Assembly (NCBI GenBank): GCA_018398765.1
Contig: JAHBMJ010000411.1
Location: 1-48,601 of the forward strand
DNA: 48,601 nucleotides
Direction: 5' to 3'
Origin: Chromera velia
Taxonomy: Eukaryota
The position numbers were made by a program, and so were the translations under genes. The notes beneath the pieces are model-generated. The model was not told where the DNA came from. It worked only from the letters and a program-made list of their open reading frames with translations, and searched no databases. Position 1 is the first letter of the stretch. Each line of letters begins with the position of its first letter. Of this stretch, positions 36,162-47,152 are shown in pieces.

Positions 36162-37680
36162 TGTGGGTGCGTGGATGCTCATGTTTACACACGACAGAGA
36201 GACCGCATGCAAATCCAGGCTCCTGGTCTTGTTGTCTATCGCTTTCTGCCTGACTCATGGACTAAGGGGGGATGGCACTGGCTCGCAGGTTCATTGAATG
36301 ATGGATGCAAGCACGTGAGGGAGGCTTGACTGACAGACCCGCAGAGAGTTGACGAATCATTTAATGAAAAGAGAAGTACAAATAAACAAGGGAAGGCTGA
36401 CCTCCTCTCTTCTGGACTCTGGCCTTTAGCTCGGCGTTTTCCCTCTGGGCCCTTCTGAGGCGCCTCCGAAAGTCGGCTGCTTCCTGAAAGAGCACAAAGA
36501 GACAGAAAAAAAGGATGCAAACGAGCAAAATTTGAAGGGAGGCGGGAAAAAAGGACGTCCAGAAGGAAGGAAAGAAGGAAGAATTGAAGGGAAGACGGGT
36601 GACCAGACCAACGAATGATTACGAGAGCACAGCGCCTTACTCAGCTAACCTTTTTGTTTTGTTTGGCCTCTTTGACGAGGTCACGTGCCCACATGCATTT
36701 ACTTTCTATATGCTCTGAAAAAGAATTCTGTATGAAAGTAAATGCATGCTCAGCTGACCTTTTTGTTTTGTTTGGCCTCTTTGACGAGGTCCCGTGCCCA
36801 CAAGTTTCGAATTCGTTCTGAGGTGAACACAGAGGGAACCTCAACAGTTTCCGTTTCCCCTTCCCGCCCCTCGGTCGTTCCCCATTTCCCCCCCCCTTCT
36901 CTCGTCCTTTTCGCTTCTTCTTCTTGTGCAGTCTCCCGCGCGGTTCCCGACGAGAGGGGGACCAGCCGGCTGCCTGCCTCCCGTCTGCCTTCTCCAATGC
37001 TTCTGCTGTCCAACTGTTGTTTTAGCCTCTCGATCCTGCAGGGAGGCAGGCAGGCAATCACAATTGATCATTCAGTCATCAGTGCATAGCCAAACAACGT
37101 GTTGTTCTGATCTGGACGCATCCACAGCCCTGCACATCGAATATACACGAATGCGGCCACAGGATGCAAACGCAGTGTAGTATCTACGGTAAACTGGAAC
37201 TTGCTGGCCACATTGTTGCCAACGAACAGACAGACAGACAGACAGACAGACTGACTGACTGACTGACTCTTCCTGCTGCTGTGTGACAACAGATCGAAAA
37301 TTCTGTACGACCGAATTGGTTGTTTCGAGACGTTGGCGGATGTTTTGGAATTCCGAGGCAAAGATCATCTGAGAGTGTTCTCCTTGTTGTGTCTGTCTGT
37401 GCGAGGAGAGAGCAGTCCCTTCATCAGACTCAAGACCAGAGGAAGGGGGGAAGGGGTTCTGGAAGTGGTGTTGTTGGTGTTGCCTCAAGGAAGTTGAAAT
37501 TGGTTGTCGCTTTACCCTCTGCGTGGCGGGAGCGGTAGACAGACTCTTCCTGGCGTGCACAGTGTCTGCACGTCCTGCTGCTGCAGGTGTGGATAGGGTT
37601 TGTTCGGCTGCTGTGATGAACTCTTCGTGCCTTCGCCATAGGGAGCTCGGCTTCGTCTTGGGTCTCTGTTGCATGAACAT
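26949..37680 (-). CDS. Multi-exon protein with N-terminal coiled-coil/low-complexity region and tandem GAF domains
   Basis: Probable start MFMQQRP at 37680. Exon peptides: ...[51 protein letters not shown] (GAF-1); 29989-29579 [10 protein letters not shown]...[34 protein letters not shown]...[43 protein letters not shown] (GAF-2, NK...F..E motif). The last exon 27079-26949 reads [14 protein letters not shown]...*. Several internal exon boundaries are uncertain. Confidence 0.7.
27444..27572. mobile_element. Short insert family copy C with 42-bp flanking direct duplication
   Basis: Repeats 27444-27485 and 27531-27572; insert TTTTCATACAGAATTTTTGT(A)12GTACACACCACAG. Confidence 0.7.
28665..28799. 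mobile_element. Short insert family copy B with perfect 30-bp flanking direct duplication
   Basis: ACGTCCTTCTCATGCACCTCTCTGCAGGCA at 28665-28694 and 28770-28799; the insert contains CATGCATTTATTTTCATACAGAAT...TATGAAAATAAA. Confidence 0.75.
36640..36802. mobile_element. Short insert family copy A with 54-bp flanking direct duplication
   Basis: Repeats 36640-36693 and 36749-36802 (2 mismatches). The insert has a perfect 15-bp inverted repeat CATGCATTTACTTTC / GAAAGTAAATGCATG around AAGAATTCTGTAT. Confidence 0.8.
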
Positions 37681-37954
37681 CGTTCCAAAAGTTTGACTAG
37701 TGTTGTTTGCTGGGATGCATTGTTTGCCTTCGCGCAGTGTGGATGTTTCCCTGTCTTTTCTGAAGCAAGGACACAACTTTTGTCAGACAGTCAGAGGAAC
37801 GCTCAAACATGCTGGCAGGAAGGCTGATCTTCTCTGCTTGAAGCTTCAAAGAAGTACATCGATCATTGAAGTGCTGTCAAGGTGGGCAGGTCCGGGTCAA
37901 GCGAACCATGAATGTGCGTTTAGCGCGCCCAACGCATCGCCCGCCCGCGCGGGG

Positions 37955-38045
37955 TGCATGCATGTTGGCCCACGCGGACCGCGGGCCCGGCCATGATTTG
38001 TGTGCACTACAGCCAGCCAGGAGTCAGACAGAACACAAATTAAGG
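37955..38045. promoter_or_regulatory. Putative bidirectional promoter between the GAF gene and ESS2
   Basis: GC-rich island with TGCATGCATG (37955), CGCGGACC (37973), GGGCCCGGCC (37983) and AATTAAGG (38038), the same words in the same order as upstream of RPS25. Confidence 0.5.
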
Positions 38046-38384
38046 AAGCATTGCCGCAAAATTGCCGGTTTGTTTGCCTGATGACAACCTCGGTCTCTGT
38101 CCTGTTCTCTCATGTATCAACTGAGTCTCCGTTCTGCCCCAGAGGTCTTTTCGGGTCGATTTGGAATTGGAAACGGATTGATCTACTGTGCTTTGTTGGG
38201 TGGAACTGATTCTTCTTCTTTAACTCATTCTTGTGAGTCAACTGGCTCTTCAGGTTGCTCTCCTTCCCTGAGTGCCCTTCCCTTGGGCACAAGAGACAGG
38301 AGAGGATCTTGCTCTGGTTCTTGAGTCGCTGGAGAAGCTGCAAAGTATCTCCTTTCCAGTGTCTCTGGTTCAGGAAAAAAGAAG

Positions 38385-40538
38385 ATGGAGGACATACCCG
38401 GCTCCCCTGTTCCACCTGTTGCTGTTGCGGCTGCTGCAGCAGCTGCTGCTGCTCCTGATTCTGCGACCGGAGTAGCGGCAGCAGATGTGTCTTCGGCCCC
38501 CTCTGCTCTGGCCCTGAACAAGAGAGGTGAGGGTGAGGTGGTGTTGAGGACAGCAGAAGAGAAACACGTTCTTGTTGTGAAGGAAAGGAGAGCCCAAGAG
38601 CTCCAACTCGCAGTAGCAGTCCCCGACCCCTATCCAAGAACGCGGGCCCCTCCCCGTGTGATGTACGAAGAGGACTATGTGGGGATGCTGGATGAGATCA
38701 TAGAAAGAGACTACTTCCCCGACCTGCCCAGATTGAGGGCCTTCAATGACTTTGCCGAAGCCTCCAGAAAGAAAGACACAGCCAAAATGCTGGAGGCACA
38801 GGCGCGTCTGCTCATTGCGTCCACGCCAGCGGGTACCGAGAAGGGCACCCCGGCCCGGTCTGCGTCTTCTGCAGTACAGGGGCAGGGGGAGGTGTCGGAT
38901 GCAGGTGGGGAGTCGCGTGTTTTGGCTGTTCCAGGCACGTCTGGGTCTCGGGTCACATTGGTAGATGGACGTGAAGTGAGTGTGAAGAAGAGTATGCGGT
39001 TGGATGATTTCCAGCGAGTGTACACTAGTGAGGACAACGCATCGTTCGAAACGATCATGGAGAAGGAGATGGAGGTCAGGAGGGCAACAGAGGGATGGAT
39101 TGAGGATAAGCAGAAAGAACACAACCTGAGAAGGCAATTGAATTTGCATGCGATTGAGGACGGTAAGCCTGCCGATTCTCTTTTGTACACCAAACACACA
39201 GCAAGAAACAATCTAATGTTCCCTGGAAGAGCGTTGGAAGATCAGCAGACGGGGGACACCAAGCAGACCGCATTGGCTGTTCCAGCCAAGGCCGAAAACA
39301 AACAGATCGCCTTCCGAAATACCCGATTCACGACAGCCCAGCAAGATTCAGACGAGCAAGAACAGAGACAGAAAGCAAGTCTCGCCGCCAAGCAGGCAGA
39401 GGCAGACGATGAATCCTTCCACCGCCGTTTCCTTCAGACTGGGGAGCTCCCTCCTTCCGCTAGCCAGACGGGGGGTGGGGGGGGTCTGCAAGATCCCGAA
39501 GACCTCCAGCTTCCCCTGGGTAGGGGGGGGTTTGCGTATGTAGGCACACCCTCATTGAACCCCGATTCCATTGGGGCTTCCCCTCTGATGACTTGGGGGC
39601 AGGTGGCCTCTACGCCGCTTCTGTTGGGTCCGAAGGGTGAGGGGCCGTCTTTTGAGTTGAGGGATCCCTCGAACAAGGAGACGTTAGCTTTGAGACTAGC
39701 AGAGAGCGCAGGGAAGAAAATTCGAGATAAAAAGAGAAAAATGACAGATGAGCTGCGGTCAGTTCTGAATCCTGGCAGCATTATTCGGCAGGGGACAGGG
39801 GGGCAGACGGCGCGGGTGCAGGGGGGGAGTGGGAGAAGGGAGCGTCCGGGCACGTCTTTGATCTTGAGGGGGAGATTCGGGACGAATGAGACCCTGTCGA
39901 TTGATCGTCGGTTGGCCGACCTAGCTGCCAAGAACCCTGCGTGTGCCCAGATCCTGAATTCCATGGCCAGCAAGGGTAGGCTTCAGGGTTTGGGGGGGGA
40001 CGCTCAGCTGCGTCAGAGTTATTCTGGGAGGAGCAGGAGGGGGTCGGATGTGCGGTCCGTCATGTCGGTGGAGGGGGGCAGCCGTGGTAGTAGCAGTATG
40101 AGTATGCAGGGGAGGTCTCAGAGGGGGGGAGGCTCAAAGCGCCCCCACCCCAATGGAAGTGAGTTGCCTGCTGCAGCGGCTGCGGCAGCTGCAGGAGGGG
40201 GGGAGGGTAGTGGGAAAAGACCCCGTCACGGTGTTGCGGCACCGTCTCAACAGACAGAGAAAGATGGGAGGGCTGGAGGTGCCTCCGCTTCCTCCTCTGC
40301 CCGTGTTGGCGTGCCTGCTTCCTCCTCTTCCTCTTCAGTGTCAGCCGACGCTGCCTTTGCTGCCCTCGGCTTCGTGTCAGATGCCAGAGGGATGACACCT
40401 GCAGGGCGGGATGGGGAGACGAGCAAGAGGGGTGAGACTCAGGCAGAGAGGGAGAGAGCGTCGGGGGTGAAGGGGGGAAAGGCCGGCGAAGGAAAGGACA
40501 GCGGACTCACTGACGATCTGCTGCTGTTTGGTAATTAA
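38385..40538 (+). CDS. ESS2: Splicing factor ESS2/DGCR14 (ES2 domain), 717 aa, single coding exon
   Basis: Family motifs EEDYVGMLDEIIERDYFPDL, LDDFQRVYTSEDNASFETIM, ARNNLMF, GFAYVGTPS, SPLMTWGQVASTPL, and C-terminal LTDDLL. Confidence 0.92.
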   Translation: MEDIPGSPVPPVAVAAAAAAAAAPDSATGVAAADVSSAPSALALNKRGEGEVVLRTAEEKHVLVVKERRAQELQLAVAVPDPYPRTRAPPRVMYEEDYVGMLDEIIERDYFPDLPRLRAFNDFAEASRKKDTAKMLEAQARLLIASTPAGTEKGTPARSASSAVQGQGEVSDAGGESRVLAVPGTSGSRVTLVDGREVSVKKSMRLDDFQRVYTSEDNASFETIMEKEMEVRRATEGWIEDKQKEHNLRRQLNLHAIEDGKPADSLLYTKHTARNNLMFPGRALEDQQTGDTKQTALAVPAKAENKQIAFRNTRFTTAQQDSDEQEQRQKASLAAKQAEADDESFHRRFLQTGELPPSASQTGGGGGLQDPEDLQLPLGRGGFAYVGTPSLNPDSIGASPLMTWGQVASTPLLLGPKGEGPSFELRDPSNKETLALRLAESAGKKIRDKKRKMTDELRSVLNPGSIIRQGTGGQTARVQGGSGRRERPGTSLILRGRFGTNETLSIDRRLADLAAKNPACAQILNSMASKGRLQGLGGDAQLRQSYSGRSRRGSDVRSVMSVEGGSRGSSSMSMQGRSQRGGGSKRPHPNGSELPAAAAAAAAGGGEGSGKRPRHGVAAPSQQTEKDGRAGGASASSSARVGVPASSSSSSVSADAAFAALGFVSDARGMTPAGRDGETSKRGETQAERERASGVKGGKAGEGKDSGLTDDLLLFGN

Positions 40539-43296
40539 GAAGTAAGGGTGAACACACGCACCTACGCACGCACACGCATGATCTGAAAATAAGGGGGTAG
40601 AGCGAACGACCCTTCATCACTGCACACGCACACGTTCTGCCAATCGCTGTGCTCTGGTACAAATAAGTTTATTTATTTATTCCCCTGTCAGATGGCCTGT
40701 TGCTCTTCCCTTCCTTGTTTGGTTGAGTGCCTGCCTGCCTGGCTGCACGTCATTGACCGGAGGGATCGGTGCGGTCCGTCCGTTCTCGTCATCCCCTTAA
40801 TTTCCTTTAATTCCATTGTGTGCCGTCTTTCTCGATCGAGCGACCTCCGAATCTGTCTCTGCCTCTCTTGTCACTCGATTTGTGTTGGAAGCAGAAGAGA
40901 GGGGCAAAACCAAAGTAGCTCTTGAGATCCCTCACAACTCCCTCTGGGTGGAGGGGTGGGTGCATGGGTCGTGTACCGCCAGGGCGTATAAGGTGTTTCC
41001 TTGCATGCATCTATAGGCATGCATAATTGATCGATGCATACATATTCATACTGAAGAGCGAGATAAAGAACCAAACAAAAGATGTATGCGGACATAGTAT
41101 CTGTGACGTGGGTTTCAAGTTGTTTTCACTAGTAGTTTTCATTTTTATGATATCATCATCATCATCATCATTCACCATCGCTATCGGCCCATAAATGAGC
41201 GTCTAGCGTTCGGCTGGTTCGATACGCAGCTGGACATACTGTTAGGGCAGTCCTCGATCTCCTACAAAGGAAGATAATACAGGCAAGAACGGCTTTCCCG
41301 TGATGGCCACTCACTGAATTCCCGTGGCAAGGCAGAGTGGTTTTACATCGTCACACGATAGAGCAACTAATATAGAGTAAATCAAGGATCAACAGACGAT
41401 TTGAATTTTTTAATCAGTTTAGACTTGTATGCTAGTTGAATTATGCTAAGAATTATGCCACTATATAGCTAGTTTCTTAGCTGGTTTCTTTTTAGGTCCT
41501 ACACTCTAAAGTTCTAAAGAAAAAAAGAAAGAAAGTTCATTTGGGTTTTGCTTCTGGTTTTGCTTGTTTCTAGCTTTACTTGAGAAAGACTATCAATCAG
41601 GTCCCCTCTTTCATTTAAATCGAAAGACTAGGTTGCTTACCAAACGTTTTATAAGCTTAATCGCAGGTTTTATGATGCTTTCTCCACCTAGCTCCTTAGT
41701 ATTCATCTCCTACTCGCCCCTCCCTTTTGTGTCCCTGACCATTGAAAGTAACACGACAAGCCCAAAACAAACAGAAGAAAGACATCTCACGTTACTTACC
41801 CTCGATCGAATTCCTTTCTCGAGAGGAGAGAAGATGTTCAACCTTCTCGGTATGTGTACTAGTGTCTGCAAGTGGGTAAGGGATTTTCCTGTGTTACGGT
41901 CTACTTAGACCACAACTTAAGTCTTTGATTGTTCTAAGACGTTTTGCTGTCTGTGTCCTTTGGCAAACATCAGGAGAATTACAATGGATGAAATGTGAGC
42001 AGGTGGCAGACTGAGAAGCGAAAGGTCCCGGGTTTGATTCTCATCTCCATCTCTTTTACCTTTTACGAGAAGCTGATTTTGGCCCCGCACGCGAAACCGA
42101 TCCCGCGTAGCGAGCCACAACCGAGACTGCGCAGTACAGTAACACCACAAGAATCAGAAATTAGCCGATTATGAAAGAAGAAAAATGCAGAGCCGAATAG
42201 TTCGAGTCGCATCCAAATTCAGTGGAGGACGATCGACCTCTCCAACTCTTAGTCATGATGAGTCATCACCTTCAATAAACTCGGATCGACTCAACCTCTT
42301 TGAGATCTCATCCAAACCTTCCTGCAGATACAAAGATACAAACATTCACACTGCAAACAGGAAACATAGTAGAGATGCCTAAACATACAGAAGGAATCCA
42401 GACAAGAGTTCGAGCAGAGAAGGCCCCCGGACACAGGCCTTGGGCGAGCCCCTTGGTCGCCGTCTGGGCTAGCTGGAGCCTTTGGCTGCGTGGCCCCCAC
42501 CCTCACGTGATCTCCTTAAAAGACAGACGTGCGCTAGAGCCCTCTAAGACTTCAGACTCAGCCTTCTAGAGTGGCAAACAAACCTGATAGAATGACTGAC
42601 CTTCATATATCTATACAACCTTCTAGCTCTCACCTCTTTGGAGTTAGATGGTGCCTGCGTCCTCTCTCATAGCGTGAGAGTAGGTCGTAACACCTGGTTG
42701 CAGTGGAACTGTTACCTCATCATCTGCTTGGACAGATCTAATTCCTTGTAGGTCAGATCTATGCTTTCCTTCTTACCTGTCCGTAAACTTGAGGAGACAC
42801 GCTTCCATCCGTGCAAGTGAAAGAAAAATAAATATGTGCTTTAGATAGAATGAGGCCATGCACACATATCCCTTGTGTCTTCCTGAGAACTTAGAGATCG
42901 GTGCCTTGCATCTAGGTATGCATAGCTGTCCTCAATATGATGAAGGTGCGTGATTCATCTCAGAGAGATCGGTGGATTGGCTTCCCCTGTGTAGCTGAGA
43001 GCATGATCGCACAGGCGCTGTATCGTCCTTTCTTCTTTTCTTCTTCATGTAAGCGAGAGAGTCTGGTATCAAAAAGCAGTGTTTCGCGGGATATCTTTTG
43101 TTTTCCTTGCAGTGCACTCCATGCATGGCAGGAATGCGTAGCACTGCATAGTGACTGTACCCGATCTCGCATACCTGGACTGACTGGTTGCAGCGCGATG
43201 CCGAAAGCGCCTGTTTTGCCTGTGCCGATGAATAGGGGTGCTAAGATAACGTGAATGGACTGAGATCTTTGAGGGAAAAGAAACGACTATACAAAT

Positions 43297-43392
43297 TGTG
43301 AGCCTTGTCCGCGTCCCGCAAGCCTTGCGCTTGGGTGCGCTGCGAAGAGGTGTGGCGGCGGCAAGCATGGCGGGACGCGCGCAAGGCTCACA
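43297..43392. repeat. GC-rich long inverted repeat (hairpin/MITE-like)
   Basis: TGTGAGCCTTGTCCGCGTCCCGC (43297-43319) pairs with GCGGGACGCGCGCAAGGCTCACA (43370-43392) at 21/23. Weaker pairing (GACTAT/ATAGTC) extends outward. Confidence 0.75.
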
Positions 43393-43927
43393 TAAATAGT
43401 CATGACATGCTTCTGTTCTTTGGAAGGGATGGATGTCTTTCCAGTGTGTGCTTTATTAAAGTATAAGAGGAACAAGCCAGTAGATCGATCTCTATTTAAC
43501 CAGCCACTTCTTAGAAGATAAAAAAATTCTATCGAGTGCTGGCCGAAACTTTCCAAAACTGGCCCCGAAAGTACAACAAACTCTAGCAATACTGACAAAC
43601 TGCTAAACCAGTAAACTACCATATAGTAGCTGTTAAAACTCCATTGCATAGTTTTTAAATTTAATTAGTTTACTCCTACTAGATCTGCTACCAATTTTAA
43701 CCAATATTTGTATAATTTCTAGTACAGTTTCTACTAGTAGTATGATTTTAATACTTATAAAATTAGAAAAAAATTCTAATCGGATAAAGACTTCTTTTTG
43801 CGTAAAAAAAAGAAAAGTTAGTATAGCAATATCAGTCGTTGAAGTTCTCAATGAATAGCTGAGAGAACTGACCACAATAATATTTATAATTTATGCAAAT
43901 TCTTGCTATTTCAAACTTGTTTTTTTA

Positions 43928-46720
43928 TTATGTGGCTAAGCCTGGAGTCTTCTCGGCTCTTTCTATCAACCGTTTTGCCTCTTTGATCTGGTCCGCAACG
44001 CTGAGACTACCCGAATCTACATCCTTGGGATTGTATAAACATGCTGCCACACATCTGCACATACGTTCATTTTCAAACAGAATTCTTTTTGTGTACGAAA
44101 GTAAATGGGAGTGTACAAACATGCTGCCGCACATCTGCACATAAAAATGAAAAGTGAAAGAAATATTTTTTTTTGGCTCCCTCCACACGGCATGAACTTG
44201 GCTCTCAGCATCGAATATTGGAATTGAGCGAAAGCCAAAGAGAGATTACAAGAACCAGGCCTCTGACGTTGACTGAGCAGTCTCTTTCGTCTCTCATTTG
44301 AAGAGTCAAACAATCATTCAACAGAACAAAACACGAATCAGGAATATGTATGTGAAAAAATCATTCTTCATCGCTTTGTCGCCGCCCACAAAGATAAATG
44401 GATGAAAGACGTGCCCTAGGATCAGGTGACCTGATTTCACCTCTAAGTAACTTTTCCGATTGTCTGGTTCGCGATCTAAGCAAATAGGACGCGAATCTGG
44501 GGGGTTTTCTGCTGTTCTCAATAAGACTACAGCCGTCGACTCTTCAATCTCATTTGATTGACTGACCCAGAATGATCGTAGAAAGGGGTTTTCATGTGCT
44601 TGTAGTCAACAAACGACAAATCATACGATGCAGCGCTGGTCGACACCATCATATTGTCGGCGTTCATGGCCATCTCCCACCAATCCTTCGACTCCCTTCC
44701 GTCTCCTGCAAACAGGAGAAGAGAGAAGAAAGAAGGGAAAATTGTCCTGCTCCTTCGACAAAGGATTGCGCATTCATGCGAAAACTCGGAAAGGAAGGCG
44801 GAAGAATGGATCGATCGATCAATCATCTCAGTAAAACACGAAGTTGTCTGTCTCACTCTCCATTTCCCCTCAGCCCAAAACGCCCACCTGTAGCCTGTGC
44901 ATCACACTCTATGATCAGTTTGTGTGTGATCAGCAGGTTGGCCTTCTGGAAAGGTGTGCTAGGGGAAAGGTCGTGGGTCTCTGTGAGGAGTTTGGCCCCG
45001 GGTTGGAGAGGCAGGCCGAAACATTTGGTCAGGCACTGGTGGACCTCATGTCTGTTTCTTTTCAGCTGCACGCAGGGAGGGAGGGAGGGAGGGAGGGAGA
45101 GAAGTTGAAGGAAGTTCGACTGAAAAAATAATTACCTGGGAGATCGATGGAAGGTCTCTCTGATTTGTTTTCTCAAGGGACACTAGACAGCGATTTTCGG
45201 AAAAAGAAATAAGAAAGGAAGCTCTTGCATTTCGGCTTTGTACACCGATCGAAGAAGCGAATCGATCAGCGGATAAAAGCAGACCTCATTCTTCAAAGAG
45301 ACTTCCTGGCAGAAGGAGGGAAGTTGCGCGACAGTTGTGGGATAAAGACCCCCATGATTGGAAGGAAATGGGATGGGTGAGAACGCTTCTTCCTTCTTTT
45401 CACGGACTGTCTGAGTGACTGAGTGTCTGACCTTTCTGCACACTGAAACTTTGGGAGAGAGGGAAAGAGCAGCCCCAAGAACATCCCCCCCTCTGGTCTC
45501 TGCCTCGGCTCTCGCCTTGATGCTTGCAGCCGGGGAGTCTTCTCCGCTTTTTCGTTTCCTGCCGACATATTTGCTCTTCTTTTTTGAGGGTGTAGAGAAT
45601 TGTCGGACGGCAAGCTTGAGAGCCGTGCGCATAACATCTCTTGGAGGATACTCGTGAAAACACCTGATGGGGAGGAATGAAGCGTGTGTATACGCATGCA
45701 GCGGGTTCTCCATCTATGATTCTGTGTGAAAAAAAAGAGAAGTGGAAACGGAAGAAGTCAAGCTGCTGTCTGGTGCACGAATCTGGACTGACGTCATTTC
45801 GGTTTTCCTTGTTTTCAGCCTATTTTCTCTTCGGGTCTTCTCTGCTTCTCACAGACAAGCTAGGAGGTTGTGTTGTGTCATGCTTCATGGAATGGAAAAG
45901 GAGCAAAAGACAGGCACTGTCTGACAAAACTTGCATGCAGCAAAACAGTGGCACCAGACAGACAGACAGAACGAATTCACTCACTGTGCGAGAAAGGAGA
46001 AGGATGAAGGAACGCGAATGCATGTCACGCCCATCTGCTCACTCATGCATGTGCTCATTCGTTCACTCACCGGGCGAAGGGAGCAGCAGCCTGATTCGGT
46101 TTTTTGTCATCTGCCGGGTTGGAGGCCCACCTGCAAGCACGTGCATGGACGAGCAGCAATTTTGATCCGATGGAATTGACACCCTCCCTCTAGCTCCTCT
46201 TATGCCTTCCTTACTTGCTTCCTTGACTCCTCGCTTGCTTGCTTCCTTCTTTTTCTCCTCTCTCTCCTTCTCCACTATGAATTGTTCTCATGTTTCATTA
46301 TTTTGGTCTGGGCAAACTCTCTTTTATTTCCACCGGAAAGAATTCCTTTCATTGATTCAATCTGGGGGAGAGCATCTTCATTAGTTATTGCCAATCAATC
46401 CGTTTGTCTAAATTCCATCTTGATGCATGTGCATCCAGGAGATTTGAAAATCTCTTCTCTTCTTGATGCATGTGCATCCAGGTGATTAGAATATCTCTTC
46501 TCTTCTTTTAATTCTCTCTTTCGGCTTACTGACGGACGTCTCGAGAGGCAGCTGGATCATTGGGGACTTTGAGTTCTCTCTCATCTCGTCGAATTCTGCC
46601 AGCTCCTTTGCCCAGACCCTTTCTTTCATGTGCACAAGCGTCTTCAGGAGGGCACGGGCAAGGAGGAAGTAAGTTGGGGAACTCTCAGTCAAATATCTGC
46701 ATGCAAGGGTTCACATACAC

Positions 46721-46763
<43 letters not shown>

Positions 46764-47119
46764 TACACAGAGAGAGAGACTCAGGGAGAGAGATGGAAAC
46801 AGAGAGAGAGCCTTTCACGCAAGTCAGCAACAGACGGACACAAATTGATTATTAAGGCTCTCACTCTCTCTCTATTTCTTGCTCTCTCTCTTTCTACTCC
46901 ACTGCAGGAAGCACCCAAACAGGAGGGGTTCCAGAGATGAGACAGCCCTGAGTTTTCCTTCCTCGGTGCACCATCAAAAAGCACACCCAACCTTTGCAAA
47001 CCGAGAGGGGTCCTGTAGCCATGCATAGACTGACAGACAGACAGACAGGTAAGAGATATGCACAGGCATATAAGAGACAGACTATATGTTTCTTCTTCTT
47101 CTCCCTTTTTTTCTTCATA

Positions 47120-47152
<33 letters not shown>

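Noticed and set aside
41194..41265. Faint resemblance to LSU rRNA peptidyl-transferase region (GTTCGGCTG..TACGCAGCTGG..CAGT)
   Set aside because: Needs a large deletion and the A-loop stem cannot pair. Likely chance; an Infernal search would settle it.
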